The position numbers and the translations under genes were made by a program. From the NCBI GenBank assembly GCA_944392285.1, contig CALXWF010000027.1, forward strand, positions 1 to 59,668: a DNA stretch of 59,668 nucleotides, read 5' to 3'. The notes under the pieces are model-generated. The model had not been told where the DNA came from, ran no database searches, and was given only the letters and a program-made list of their open reading frames with translations. Of this stretch, positions 1 to 9,641 are shown one piece after another; within the stretch, counting starts at the first letter, position 1; each line of letters begins with the position of its first letter. This DNA is from an uncultured Alphaproteobacteria bacterium. Its GTDB lineage: Bacteria; Pseudomonadota; Alphaproteobacteria; RF32; CAG-239.

Positions 1-1
1 A

Positions 2-1231
2 AAACTGTTTGAAGTCTGCCGTTTAAGAGATGTGCCGATTATCACTTTTATCAACAAACTTGACCGTGAAGGACAAGACCCTTTTTGCTTGTTAGATGAG
101 ATTGAAAAAACGCTTGCCTTAGAAGTTACCCCGGCAAGCTGGCCGATTGGCATGGGCAAAGATTTTCTTGGTTGTTATGACATTTTAAATGACCAATTAA
201 TTTTAATGAACAAAACCGGCGACAAATCACAAATCAATGCCACGATTGAAACCTGCAAAGGCCTTGATGATAAAAAGTTAGATGAGCTTCTGCCGGCACA
301 TGCCGTTGCCAAACTGCGTGAAGATGTTACCATGGTTAAAGAGCTTTGCCCACCCTTTAGCATGCAAGATTATTTAAACGGCAGTCTGACGCCTGTTTTC
401 TTTGGCAGTGCCATCAACAACTTTGGCGTTAAAGAAGTCTTGGAAGGCCTGCATAAAATGGCCCCCACACCACGCCCGCGTCCGGCTTTGGAAAGAGATA
501 TCAAGGCTGAAGAAAACAAAGTAACCGGCTTTATTTTCAAAATCCAAGCCAATATGGACCCCAAACACCGTGACCGCATTGCTTTTATGCGCATTTGTTC
601 GGGGCACTTCAAACGCGGCATGACACTTTATCAAGTACGCAGCGGCAAAGGCTTAAAAGTTCCCACTCCCGTTATGTTTTTGGCCCAAGAGCGTGAACTT
701 GCCGAAGACGCCTACCCCGGAGATATTATCGGTATTCCCAATCATGGAGTTTTGCGTATCGGCGACACCTTAACCGAAGGCGAAAAGCTTCACTTTACGG
801 GGATTCCGAGCTTTGCACCTGAGCTCTTAAAGAGCATTCGCTCAATAGACCCTTTGAAATCCAAACATTTGGGAGCCGCTTTACAACAAATTGCCGAAGA
901 AGGCGGCGCCAGCATTTTCAAACCAAACGTCGGCTCAGAATGGATTGTCGGGGTTGTCGGAACTTTGCAGTTTGAAGTCATTGCCGACCGTATCCGCACC
1001 GAGTTCGGCATTCCGGTTATTTTTGAACCGACTCAATACTACACGGCCCGCTGGGTTGAATGTGAGGATAAAAACGAGCTCAAACGTTTTTGCGATAGCT
1101 CTAATATGAATCTGGCCACCGACCATGACGGCGCTTTGGTATTTTTGGCGCGCAACGCTTGGCACTTGGGCAAAGTCGGAGAAGATTATCCCAAAATCAT
1201 CTTACGCAAAACCCGCGAACAGGTTTTCTAA
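2..1231 (+). CDS. prfC: peptide chain release factor 3 (RF3 GTPase); 5' end lies outside the window
   Basis: The frame is open from nt 2 (KLFEVCRLRDVPIITFINKLDREGQDP...). It has the NKLD G4 motif followed by RF3-type C-terminal domains. The M listed at 32 is an internal GTG. Stop TAA at 1229-1231. Confidence 0.9.
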   Translation, partial: KLFEVCRLRDVPIITFINKLDREGQDPFCLLDEIEKTLALEVTPASWPIGMGKDFLGCYDILNDQLILMNKTGDKSQINATIETCKGLDDKKLDELLPAHAVAKLREDVTMVKELCPPFSMQDYLNGSLTPVFFGSAINNFGVKEVLEGLHKMAPTPRPRPALERDIKAEENKVTGFIFKIQANMDPKHRDRIAFMRICSGHFKRGMTLYQVRSGKGLKVPTPVMFLAQERELAEDAYPGDIIGIPNHGVLRIGDTLTEGEKLHFTGIPSFAPELLKSIRSIDPLKSKHLGAALQQIAEEGGASIFKPNVGSEWIVGVVGTLQFEVIADRIRTEFGIPVIFEPTQYYTARWVECEDKNELKRFCDSSNMNLATDHDGALVFLARNAWHLGKVGEDYPKIILRKTREQVF

Positions 1232-1260
1232 AAAAAGGACCAAGCAATTGGTCCTTTTTT
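1232..1260. terminator. bidirectional rho-independent terminator shared by prfC (+) and comEC (-)
   Basis: A5-GGACC-aagcaatt-GGTCC-T6 hairpin between convergent stop codons. The comEC stop overlaps the T-tract. Confidence 0.7.
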
Positions 1261-3316
1261 AATAACAATTCCACAACCGACATCCGCAATAAGCACGCAC
1301 GGTTTTAATTTCTGCGCCTTTTTTATGCAAATAAACGGCAGCCCCCAAACTATCAACCATATTTAAGGCTTTTCCGTCGATTTCGATTTTACCGCCTTTT
1401 ATAATTTTTATTCTGTTTTTATAAAAGCAAAACTTTTTATCACACTGCAAATCAAGCCATTGCGGATAAGTATCTTTGCCCTGATAGATTCTTCTGAGTT
1501 TTCGGCTTTCGGCGGCGCTGATTTTTTCATCTGCATTTTTCTCCAGCCACACTTTTTTATCAAAATTTTTTCCACGCACAGGCAGAATAACCAACTCGCC
1601 GCTATTATCTTTAAGAGCAATCAGGCTGCCGTCATCATTTACCAACATATCAGGGCTGCGCACCGTAAACAAACTAAGAAAGCCGATAAAAATCAAGACA
1701 AAGCCCCATTTACGCCAAGAGCATGTCCACAAAGCCAACCATAGGCCACCCAAGACAATTAAGGCCAGTCCCCAAGCCGGCAAAGAAAATACTTGTAACG
1801 CTGCCTCCGGCAAAGAGGCCACCCAAACCGTAATATCATTAACCAAGCCGACCCCGAACCCCACTAATTGCAAAGCCCAAGCCTCAAACCCAAAAGGCAT
1901 TAAGAGCAAAGCCACCAGCACAAAAGGCATAATAATCAAACCGATAATCGGCCCCGCCAACAAATTTGCCAAGGAGGTATACAGGGCAACCCGATTAAAA
2001 TGATAAATAGCAAAAGGCAAAGTTGCCAAACTGGCAATTAAATCCGAAACGATAATACCGACAACATAGACCCACACCCCACGAAGCACTTTCGCGGCTA
2101 AAGACGGCTCATCGACCGAAGGGCCGCGTAAAAATCTTTGCAAAGCACCGGCATATTTTTCATAAAAAGCAATCAAGGCCACAACCGCGGCAAAAGACAT
2201 TTGAAAAGAAGCACCGACCACGGCTTCCGGAGCAATAATCAAGACAATAAGAGCCGCCCAAGCAATGGTTTTCATAGAGATTGCCCGTCGGGCAAACAGC
2301 ACCCCGAGCAACACGATAAAAGTCATGATAAAAGCGCGCTGTGTCGGAATCTCAGCTCCGGAAATTAACAAATAAATAAGGCTCATAACAATAGCCAATA
2401 CTGCCGCCGGACGCTTGGAGTCACCTCTTAGAGCCAAAGCCGGAATTAAAGCCATGATAAAACGCACCAAAAAGAACATCAAACCGGCCAACATGCTCAT
2501 ATGCAACCCTGAGATTGACAAGAAATGCGCCAAACCGGAATCACGATAATTATTTGTAAGTTCTTGGCTCATTTTGCCTCTTTCTCCGGCCACGATAGCG
2601 GCGGTAATTCCGGCCTCATCGGGTGGCAAAACCCTATCAATCTTTGCCACGATTGCTTCTCTTATTCTATCAATCAAATATCCGAACTTATCTCTCAAAC
2701 TCGGCGCCTCATGACAAGCGACCGGCAAAGCGCGGCTGATAGAATAACCGCTGGCCCTCAATCCTTCAAAAAAAGATTTCCGATCAAACTGATAGCCCCC
2801 CGGCAAAGACGGTGCCGGCAGAGGCATAATTTTTCCGACAAATTCAATACATTGACCGCTTTTTAAGGGCTCTGTTCCATAGCCCAAACTCACTCTGATT
2901 TGCCCCAGATTGAGAGGTTGCTCATCAAAATCTTCCAAATTATCAAGAACCACACGTTGATTACCGCGGCTGTTATAATCCAAAGACACGATACGTCCGC
3001 GCAAATAAATTTTATCAATATTTTCAGTAAGTATGGGGCGTTTTGCCAAATAAACTGCCTTAAGCTGTACATTGGCAAATCCGAGTATCATCACCCCAAA
3101 AACAGCCAAAATTCCCAGAGCATGAATATTATGTCGCAGTAAAATTGCTGCCAAAATCAAGGCTTCAACCACACCCAAGGTCAGCCAAATTGAAGGCTCT
3201 ACCGGCAAAGCAAAATAGAGCAAAATTCCCACACCGAACAGCACCGGCACCCACAGAAACCAGCGGTCATATTCTTGCAAAAACTGCTCTTTTATTTTAT
3301 CAAACCACAAAAGCAT
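1259..3316 (-). CDS. comEC: ComEC/Rec2 family DNA-uptake channel protein
   Basis: 685-aa polytopic membrane protein with the competence-channel core, including the ...LSISGLHMSMLAGLMFF... motif typical of ComEC/Rec2. No obvious full metallo-beta-lactamase tail. Confidence 0.8.
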   Translation of the reverse strand: MLLWFDKIKEQFLQEYDRWFLWVPVLFGVGILLYFALPVEPSIWLTLGVVEALILAAILLRHNIHALGILAVFGVMILGFANVQLKAVYLAKRPILTENIDKIYLRGRIVSLDYNSRGNQRVVLDNLEDFDEQPLNLGQIRVSLGYGTEPLKSGQCIEFVGKIMPLPAPSLPGGYQFDRKSFFEGLRASGYSISRALPVACHEAPSLRDKFGYLIDRIREAIVAKIDRVLPPDEAGITAAIVAGERGKMSQELTNNYRDSGLAHFLSISGLHMSMLAGLMFFLVRFIMALIPALALRGDSKRPAAVLAIVMSLIYLLISGAEIPTQRAFIMTFIVLLGVLFARRAISMKTIAWAALIVLIIAPEAVVGASFQMSFAAVVALIAFYEKYAGALQRFLRGPSVDEPSLAAKVLRGVWVYVVGIIVSDLIASLATLPFAIYHFNRVALYTSLANLLAGPIIGLIIMPFVLVALLLMPFGFEAWALQLVGFGVGLVNDITVWVASLPEAALQVFSLPAWGLALIVLGGLWLALWTCSWRKWGFVLIFIGFLSLFTVRSPDMLVNDDGSLIALKDNSGELVILPVRGKNFDKKVWLEKNADEKISAAESRKLRRIYQGKDTYPQWLDLQCDKKFCFYKNRIKIIKGGKIEIDGKALNMVDSLGAAVYLHKKGAEIKTVRAYCGCRLWNCY

Positions 3317-3421
3317 AAGTCTTAAAACTTCTCAAAAAGTTTTTTTATTGTAATATTTATTTGCAAATTTACAACATCAAGATTACACTAAGAACAAATT
3401 AACCCAAAGCGGAGAAAATTC

Positions 3422-3658
3422 ATGTATAAAATACTCTTTGTTCTGTTATCCATAGCCTTTTTGGCATTATCGGCACAAGCACGTGTTGTTCCCCTGCAAG
3501 ATTGGAACGGCGGCAACCTCAAATTCAGCAATTCCGGCAAAAAAAGCTGTGAAGAACTTTGCCCCGGCTATATTCCGGTTTATCCGGCTTGCCCGGAAGG
3601 AAAAGTTGCGCGCAGATGTCCGGCTAACGGCTGCACCGGTTTTTATAAATGCATGTAA
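3422..3658 (+). CDS. small secreted cysteine-rich protein (hypothetical)
   Basis: GGAG SD 7 nt upstream of the ATG. Signal peptide MYKILFVLLSIAFLALSAQA. The 57-aa mature part carries six Cys. A strong terminator follows. Confidence 0.6.
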   Translation: MYKILFVLLSIAFLALSAQARVVPLQDWNGGNLKFSNSGKKSCEELCPGYIPVYPACPEGKVARRCPANGCTGFYKCM

Positions 3659-3660
3659 TA

Positions 3661-3692
3661 AAAAAACCGAGTTTTCAAAACTCGGTTTTTTT
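3661..3692. terminator. bidirectional rho-independent terminator
   Basis: A6-CCGAGTTTT-c-AAAACTCGG-T7 between convergent stops at 3658 (+) and 3697 (-). Confidence 0.75.
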
Positions 3693-3696
3693 ATTT

Positions 3697-4023
3697 TTAC
3701 TCGGTAAAATAGATGAAACCCTCTTCATCTTTACCGAGTTTAATTTTTAACTCTTCCCATTTATATTCTGCATGTCCTGCCTTGCAGTGAATACAGAATT
3801 TGCACAAAACCCTTTGGGAAAATTCTTTAGATGTCAACGTTTCTTCCTCGCCAGTCACATGCAGGACGTGAAACTTTTCGCTTTCCAAGTCAAAAAAATA
3901 CCATATCAGATATTTTTCTTGGTGTTCTTTTCCGCGTATTAATGCCGGACAAACCAATAATTTGCTGATTTTTTTGCCTGTCTTTGCTTGCAAGCGAGCC
4001 AAAGCTTGTTTTTGATTCATCAT
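3697..4023 (-). CDS. hypothetical protein (108 aa)
   Basis: Long ORF with plausible composition and a CxxC (CIHC). No SD and no family recognised. Confidence 0.45.
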   Translation of the reverse strand: MMNQKQALARLQAKTGKKISKLLVCPALIRGKEHQEKYLIWYFFDLESEKFHVLHVTGEEETLTSKEFSQRVLCKFCIHCKAGHAEYKWEELKIKLGKDEEGFIYFTE

Positions 4024-4042
4024 AATTTTTATTTTTTTAGGT

Positions 4043-4432
4043 TTAACTTCTGTATAGATGAGAAATTCCGTTTCTCACTTCACCTTCGATTAGAAAAACA
4101 CCGAACTTGCCGTTTTTCCAACCCTTGGTCGCACTAACCTGAACCTCTCCTTTTTTGAACATATAGCCGCTATGTAACTCATGTTCTTGTAAAAAGAAAT
4201 GTTTATCCTGGTTAATATCCGCACCGATCACATTTAAATATTTAACTTCCGTTCCTTGCTTAAACTTCCACACCGGTTGGCAGAAGCGATCATAACTCCC
4301 GACAATAGCACATTCCTGAGGTGTCTTTCCGGCAGGTTTACACAAAAACATCAGTTCAACATTTTCAACATCAAAGCCCAAAAGCTCTCTTACTTGCTGT
4401 TTTGCAGCTGCTTCATCTAAAATCAAATTCAT
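4043..4432 (-). CDS. hypothetical protein (129 aa)
   Basis: Long ORF lying 19 nt upstream of the 108-aa ORF on the same strand. No SD and no family recognised. Confidence 0.45.
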   Translation of the reverse strand: MNLILDEAAAKQQVRELLGFDVENVELMFLCKPAGKTPQECAIVGSYDRFCQPVWKFKQGTEVKYLNVIGADINQDKHFFLQEHELHSGYMFKKGEVQVSATKGWKNGKFGVFLIEGEVRNGISHLYRS

Positions 4433-4452
4433 AACTAGAAAATTTTAAATTT

Positions 4453-4487
4453 AAAAAAATAACCCATACTAATAAATAAGTATGGGC
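4453..4487 (-). terminator. rho-independent terminator after lpxB
   Basis: On the minus strand: CCCATACT-tatttatt-AGTATGGG followed by a T-rich run (ttattttttt), 33 nt after the lpxB stop. Confidence 0.65.
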
Positions 4488-4519
4488 AATTTATGACAAA
4501 ATTTTCCGTAAGTCAAGTT

Positions 4520-5677
4520 TTATTTATCAGAAGCTTTTATCTCTTGCAAAATCACATCGGCCGCATTTTCGCTCGGTGTTTGTTCCCCAAGCCCAAGAAT
4601 CTGTCTAACCTTAGCAAAACCTGCCATTTGCTTTTCATACAAATCTCCGTGTTTTAACAATTCTTGCAAATACATACAAATATTTGAGGTCACACATCTT
4701 TCTTGCAAAAGCTCCGGCACGACCTCACGTCCGAGCAATATATTAGACAAATTTACAAATTCAATATGCATAAAACGGCGCAACAACATTGCCGTAAAGT
4801 CAGATACCCTATAACCGATAACATGCGGCACGTTTGAAATTGCCAATTCCAATGCCACGGTTCCGGAGGCTGCCATTGCTGCTTTTGCCGCCTTAAAGGC
4901 ATCATAGCGTTCTTTTTCGCTCTCAACAATCACCATGGGCACACCGGCGTTTCTGCTCATTTCTTTAACCAAAGCCGACACGGTCTTAACCGTCGGAATA
5001 ACAAAATAGAGGTCATTATCTTTGGCATAAAGCTGTCTGGCCGCTGCCAAAAATACCGGCAACAAGCGAGAAACCTCGGTTTTACGAGACCCGGGCAGCA
5101 CAACAATAATTTTTTTATCCAAGGGCACATCATGGCTTAAATAAAAGGCCTCGGCACTTCCATGCACGACATCGCTTTCAATAACCGGATGCCCGACAAA
5201 ATCTGTTTTCAACCCATAGGGAATAAAATATTTCGGCTCTTGCGGCAATAAGGTCATCAAGCGGTCAATATATTTATGCATGGTTTTGGCGCGCTTTTTC
5301 TTCCAAGCCCAAACCTGAGGCGCAACATAATGAATCTGCGGAACAGAAAATTTTCTCTTTCGAAGCATTTTATGAACGCGGCTTGAAAAACTCCAACTAT
5401 CTATGGTAACCACCACATCGGGGTGCACCCGCTCAATATCATTGACGGTTTCTTTCAACAACCGCAACACCTTCGGAATACTCGGGATAACCTCCATCAA
5501 TCCCATAATGGCCAAATCACTGATATCAAAAAGCGACTTCAAACCTTCGGCTTCCATGGTATCACCGCCGACCCCGAAAAATTCAACCTGATTTCCGGTC
5601 TTTTTTTTAAGTGCACGCATTAAACGTGACCCCAACAAATCTCCCGACGGTTCGCCGGCAATCAGATAAACTTTCAT
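4520..5677 (-). CDS. lpxB: lipid-A-disaccharide synthase
   Basis: N-terminus MKVYLIAGEPSGDLLGSRLM and overall GT19 pattern. Its start overlaps the lpxI stop (ATGA). Confidence 0.9.
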   Translation of the reverse strand: MKVYLIAGEPSGDLLGSRLMRALKKKTGNQVEFFGVGGDTMEAEGLKSLFDISDLAIMGLMEVIPSIPKVLRLLKETVNDIERVHPDVVVTIDSWSFSSRVHKMLRKRKFSVPQIHYVAPQVWAWKKKRAKTMHKYIDRLMTLLPQEPKYFIPYGLKTDFVGHPVIESDVVHGSAEAFYLSHDVPLDKKIIVVLPGSRKTEVSRLLPVFLAAARQLYAKDNDLYFVIPTVKTVSALVKEMSRNAGVPMVIVESEKERYDAFKAAKAAMAASGTVALELAISNVPHVIGYRVSDFTAMLLRRFMHIEFVNLSNILLGREVVPELLQERCVTSNICMYLQELLKHGDLYEKQMAGFAKVRQILGLGEQTPSENAADVILQEIKASDK

Positions 5678-6510
5678 AAATAATCTCCCGGATTAATTCC
5701 CAACACAAACAAGCCGAGCTTGTCTGCTGTTTTAATAACTTCAGCCTCATCGACAATCAACCCGTTTCCGGCATGCAAAGCCACCCCGTTTAACCCGGCT
5801 TCTTTGGCACGCTCAATGGTTTTAACGCCGATTGTCGGCAAGTCAATGCGCATATCTTGCTGAGGTTTACGCAATTTAAGCAAAATACCGCCGCTGCCTT
5901 TGCGCTTATAAGCCGCTGAGCGACGCAACAACTCATCTGTTCCCTCAATTCCTTCGACTGCCAAGACCAAACCCTCTTGCACGACGGCCGCCTGCCCCAC
6001 ATCTAATCTTCCGAGTTCGGTTACTACCGGCACCGCGCGTGTAATATCGGCAATATCTTGCTTAGAAGGTTTTTTCTTGCCCAAAACGCCTTGCCGAATC
6101 AAAAGTTCCGGCACCACTTCATGAATACCGCGCACCTCCATACCTTCAGACTCAATTTCTTTAACAACGGCGCGCAAAATTCCGTCATCACCGAGTGCTT
6201 TCATACCGACTTTAGCAAAAAAAGCCGCCGTTCTGAAGTCCGGTACCAAATCAGCCAAAGTCGGCCGCTTAATGGTGCCGATCATAACAACTTCTTCAAC
6301 TTTTTCATCATGAAGTTTCTTAAAACCGCTTCCGGCCTGGCCGATTCTTATCCACTGATGCGGGATAGACTCATCAAACAAATTCGGGTTAGCATTTCCC
6401 TCAATTGTCAAAACAAAAAAAGGACGTCCGACATTTTGACAATGGCGGATAATACTGAGCGGAATTGTACCGCCTCCGGCAATAATGCCTAATTTTCGCA
6501 TATTTTCCAT
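5674..6510 (-). CDS. lpxI: UDP-2,3-diacylglucosamine pyrophosphatase LpxI (DUF1009)
   Basis: KLGIIAGGGTIPL N-terminus and ...DVGQAAVVQEGLVLAVEGIEGTDELLRR... are LpxI hallmarks. The start is placed at ATG 6510 (6501 is also possible). The ORF-track extension to 6582 adds only a hydrophobic leader not expected in LpxI. Confidence 0.8.
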   Translation of the reverse strand: MENMRKLGIIAGGGTIPLSIIRHCQNVGRPFFVLTIEGNANPNLFDESIPHQWIRIGQAGSGFKKLHDEKVEEVVMIGTIKRPTLADLVPDFRTAAFFAKVGMKALGDDGILRAVVKEIESEGMEVRGIHEVVPELLIRQGVLGKKKPSKQDIADITRAVPVVTELGRLDVGQAAVVQEGLVLAVEGIEGTDELLRRSAAYKRKGSGGILLKLRKPQQDMRIDLPTIGVKTIERAKEAGLNGVALHAGNGLIVDEAEVIKTADKLGLFVLGINPGDYL

Positions 6511-6607
6511 GATTTTAATATAAAATAAAAAAGTAAATAAGCAATAAACAAAATCAGGGCAAAGACCTAAAATCGGCTTCACCCTGAAAAAACAACTTTA
6601 ACCGTAA

Positions 6608-7405
6608 CTAGTCTGATGTCATAACCTTGCGGCGGCCTTGCAAAGCCTCTTCAATAAAGACGAGCTGTTCTTGCACCATCGGATTATCCTTAAACTTCTC
6701 TTTGGCTTTTTCAACTCTGGTATCAAAATTATCTTCTTTACCCTTAAAGATATACATATAGGCTTTAGTAATGGATTTAACCGTTGCTTCATCCAAACCG
6801 CTGCGTTTTAAGCCGATAACGTTCAAACCGCGCAATTTTCCGCGTTCGTTAGCCACAATACCGAACGGAACAACATCACGGTCAACACCGGTCATGCCGC
6901 CAATCATGGCTTTGCGACCGATACGAACAAACTGGTGAACCGCAGAGTTACCGCCGATAATGGCACCATCACCGATTCTGACATGTCCGCCGATAACCGC
7001 GTTATTGGTCATAATCACATTATTTCCAACCACACAATCATGCGCCACATGCGAGTTAACCATAAACATACAATCATTACCGACCGTCGTCGTAAAATGC
7101 TCTTTCGGCGTTCCTGCCTGCATGGTAACGTTTTCACGAATGATATTATTTTTACCGATAATCAATTTGGCTTCTTGCTGAAATTCATTACCATGGTCTT
7201 GCGGCCCTGCCCCCAAAACAGCTCCCGGAAACACGATTGTTCCCTCACCGATGGTCGTATCACCCATAACCGTAACTCTTCCCAACAACTGGACATTTTC
7301 ACCGATTTTTGCACGCGAACTAACCCAGCATAACGGCCCGATTTTAGCAGTTGCGGCAATTTGAGCACCGTCTTCAATTACGGCTGAGGGATGAATATTG
7401 GTCAT
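6608..7405 (-). CDS. lpxA: acyl-ACP--UDP-N-acetylglucosamine O-acyltransferase
   Basis: MTNIHPSAVIE start, hexapeptide (left-handed beta-helix) repeats, C-terminal helical domain, and position upstream of lpxI-lpxB. Confidence 0.9.
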   Translation of the reverse strand: MTNIHPSAVIEDGAQIAATAKIGPLCWVSSRAKIGENVQLLGRVTVMGDTTIGEGTIVFPGAVLGAGPQDHGNEFQQEAKLIIGKNNIIRENVTMQAGTPKEHFTTTVGNDCMFMVNSHVAHDCVVGNNVIMTNNAVIGGHVRIGDGAIIGGNSAVHQFVRIGRKAMIGGMTGVDRDVVPFGIVANERGKLRGLNVIGLKRSGLDEATVKSITKAYMYIFKGKEDNFDTRVEKAKEKFKDNPMVQEQLVFIEEALQGRRKVMTSD

Positions 7406-7504
7406 AGCTTTTTCCTTATTAAAAGTTAAAATATTTTTTCTGATTATAAGTTAAAAGAATTGCAAACAATAGTAAACACATAAAAAGTTACAAGTTTGAA
7501 ACAA

Positions 7505-9481
7505 TTAAAACAATCTCAACACGGCCTGAGAAGCCTGAGAGGCGAGCGAGAGGGAATTAACGGCGAGCTGTTGGGAAGTCTGTAAGGCCAGCATATTAGC
7601 CGCTTCCTGATTCATGTCAGCCAACGTTAATTTATCGGCTCCTTCTTCCAAAACATTAATCAGATTTTCGGTAAAATTCTGCCGGTTTGTAACGATTGAA
7701 TAGTAGCTGCCATATTGTGAAGCATAACCGCGCAAAACATTTATGGCGTTTTCAAGTTCGTCGATTGAATGCTCTACGCCGGACAAAGTCCGCCAGTCTG
7801 CTGCCGTTAGGCCGATATCCTGTGTCAAAGCACTGACACCCAATACTTCCAGTCCGGACGAACGGTCTTCGTTAAAATTAATTTTTAGTTTCTGCCCATC
7901 AAGCAGATTAATCCCTTTATAAGAGGCATCGGTAATTAAATTGTCATACTGTTCAAGAACGGTTTCAAATTGGGACAAAGAAGAAACAGTCTGGACGGGC
8001 TTCCATTTCGTTCGAGAGAAGTCAATGGCGGGTAGATCGGTAAACATATTATAACTTTCGCCGTTATCCCGGAAAGCGCTTAAAGAATGGAAATCATTGA
8101 TTTTTAAAGCCGTATCATTGCTGGAAACTGTTTGGGCCCAGGTATTATCGAGAGTCCAATAACCGGTATTGGCGGTATTTTGCACGTCTGTCAGACTGAG
8201 TTTGGCGCCGGCCGCAAATTCAATCAGACTGATTCCTGCCGGCGTTAGCATTTTAATGGCCGCGGCATCAGGGCTGTTTTGTTCAATGTGTATTTCGCTG
8301 CTGCCGCCGACTTTTATTGTACTGCCGGATGTCGTGGCATCTGTTTCCAAGGCTGAAAAAGTTGTTCCCTGACCTTTAATGTTGATAACTGATTTCCCGC
8401 TGATATTGAGGCAGCCGCCGCTGTTGGCCGTTAAGGCATAATTAAGCGTTCCTCCGCAATCTTTATGGAAAATATTGACCGCAGCGTTTTCAATATTGAT
8501 AACACTGCCGTAAGTGGCATATAAAGATTTTGACGTATCCGATGCCTCAAACTTACCATTCAGTTTTGCGCCGCTGCGGATGTTGAAAATACTTGATCTG
8601 ACAATCTCGGCAATCCGCTGGTTCGTTCCGGTGCCGCCGCCGTTGATATTTATGTTGAACTCACTGTTTTCGCATAAATTTACAATACTCTGATCAGAAG
8701 CGGTAATTCCTTTGATATTTCCTCCGGTGCCTTTGATATTAATGTTTCCCATAAGACGGACTTCCGATGTACGTATCTCAAAAACATTAGAAGCCCGAAC
8801 AAATCCGTCGATAGACGGCGCATTTATCTCCGTATTTAAATTTGCAAACACAACGTTTTGGGCATTCTCAGCATAGAAAACGGAATGTCTTCCGGAAGAA
8901 GCAAGCGTAACATTAAGATTATGCAAAGCCGTATTGTCAGCCATGGATATAGCGTGTTCAATAGTCCTGTCGGAAAGATTAAAATGAAGGCTTCCGCCTG
9001 TCTTGGATTGCGGATTCGTATAATCGGCACCGACCAGCGACTGTCCGTCATTCAAGGTCAGCGTCTGATTTTCCGATAAGGTAATATCGCCGTCAATAAC
9101 GATCAGTCCTCTTTGTCCGGAATCAATCGCGGCCAGCAGCTCTTCTTCGTCGGAAACGCGGGCAACGACCGGTTCGGCGGTTTCCATGGCCTGATTGGCG
9201 ACGGCCTTGGCCTGTTCGAGAAACTTAATGCCGGCGTCAATCGCCTCGGAGGCGCTCTTAATGGTCTGAATACCCTGCGACATCGCATCAAGCAGGGCCG
9301 TCAGATCCGCCGCCCGGTTGCTTAATGACGAAGCCGTGTAATAAGAGGAAGGATTGTCGATGGCCGAAGATACCTTAAGACCGGTTGCCAGACGGTTCTG
9401 CACAATACTCTGCTGACTTGCAATGTTTTGCAAGCTAAGCAAGTTACTGCGCATGGGCGCTGTTAAACTGATCCCCGACAT
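7505..9481 (-). CDS. flagellin with a large central insertion (658 aa)
   Basis: The N-terminus (MSGISLTAPMRSNLLSLQNI...RLATGLKVSSAIDNPSSYYTA...) and the C-terminus (...DASYKGINLLDG...NRQNFTENLINVLEEGADKLTLADMNQEAANMLALQTSQQLAVNSLSLASQASQAVLRLF) are flagellin D0/D1 segments. About 400 aa of repetitive beta-strand-like sequence lies between them. GAGG SD 8 nt upstream. Confidence 0.8.
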   Translation of the reverse strand: MSGISLTAPMRSNLLSLQNIASQQSIVQNRLATGLKVSSAIDNPSSYYTASSLSNRAADLTALLDAMSQGIQTIKSASEAIDAGIKFLEQAKAVANQAMETAEPVVARVSDEEELLAAIDSGQRGLIVIDGDITLSENQTLTLNDGQSLVGADYTNPQSKTGGSLHFNLSDRTIEHAISMADNTALHNLNVTLASSGRHSVFYAENAQNVVFANLNTEINAPSIDGFVRASNVFEIRTSEVRLMGNINIKGTGGNIKGITASDQSIVNLCENSEFNININGGGTGTNQRIAEIVRSSIFNIRSGAKLNGKFEASDTSKSLYATYGSVINIENAAVNIFHKDCGGTLNYALTANSGGCLNISGKSVINIKGQGTTFSALETDATTSGSTIKVGGSSEIHIEQNSPDAAAIKMLTPAGISLIEFAAGAKLSLTDVQNTANTGYWTLDNTWAQTVSSNDTALKINDFHSLSAFRDNGESYNMFTDLPAIDFSRTKWKPVQTVSSLSQFETVLEQYDNLITDASYKGINLLDGQKLKINFNEDRSSGLEVLGVSALTQDIGLTAADWRTLSGVEHSIDELENAINVLRGYASQYGSYYSIVTNRQNFTENLINVLEEGADKLTLADMNQEAANMLALQTSQQLAVNSLSLASQASQAVLRLF

Positions 9482-9613
9482 TCTACCGGCCTCAAAAAAG
9501 TTATTCTTTCAATATATTTATATTACCATAGTTTCCTAGTATAAGCAACAGATATTAACAAAGCTTTAGCGTAATGTTATTTTTCGTCAATTCACACTGA
9601 ACGCGCTTTTGTC

Positions 9614-9641
9614 AAAAACGGGGCTGATTCTTTCAACCCCG
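9614..9641 (-). terminator. rho-independent terminator after fabZ
   Basis: Minus strand: CGGGGTTGA-aagaa-TCAGCCCCG (9-bp stem including one G:U pair) followed by T5, 28 nt after the fabZ stop. Confidence 0.7.

Noticed and set aside
3483-3707. 74-aa ORF in an alternative plus frame overlapping the Cys-rich secreted peptide gene and running through the terminator
   Set aside because: It has no SD, crosses the strong hairpin terminator at 3661-3692, and competes with an ORF that has an SD and a signal peptide.
6511-6582. N-terminal extensions offered by the ORF track for lpxI (to 6582), fabZ (to 10139), cdsA (to 15456), the TPR gene (to 28900), holC (from 46313) and the permease (to 51255)
   Set aside because: The extensions add residues not found in these families, start at non-ATG codons or lack SD sites, and in two cases overlap the upstream gene substantially. 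Internal ATGs with SD sites fit better.
9482-9613. Search for a sigma28 (TAAA-N15-GCCGATAA) or sigma54 (GG-N10-GC) promoter upstream of the flagellin gene
   Set aside because: The best candidate on the minus strand, CTAAAG…GCTTATAC, has an 18-nt spacer and matches only 5/8 positions of the -10 element. No GG-N10-GC element was found. I cannot support a specific promoter call.
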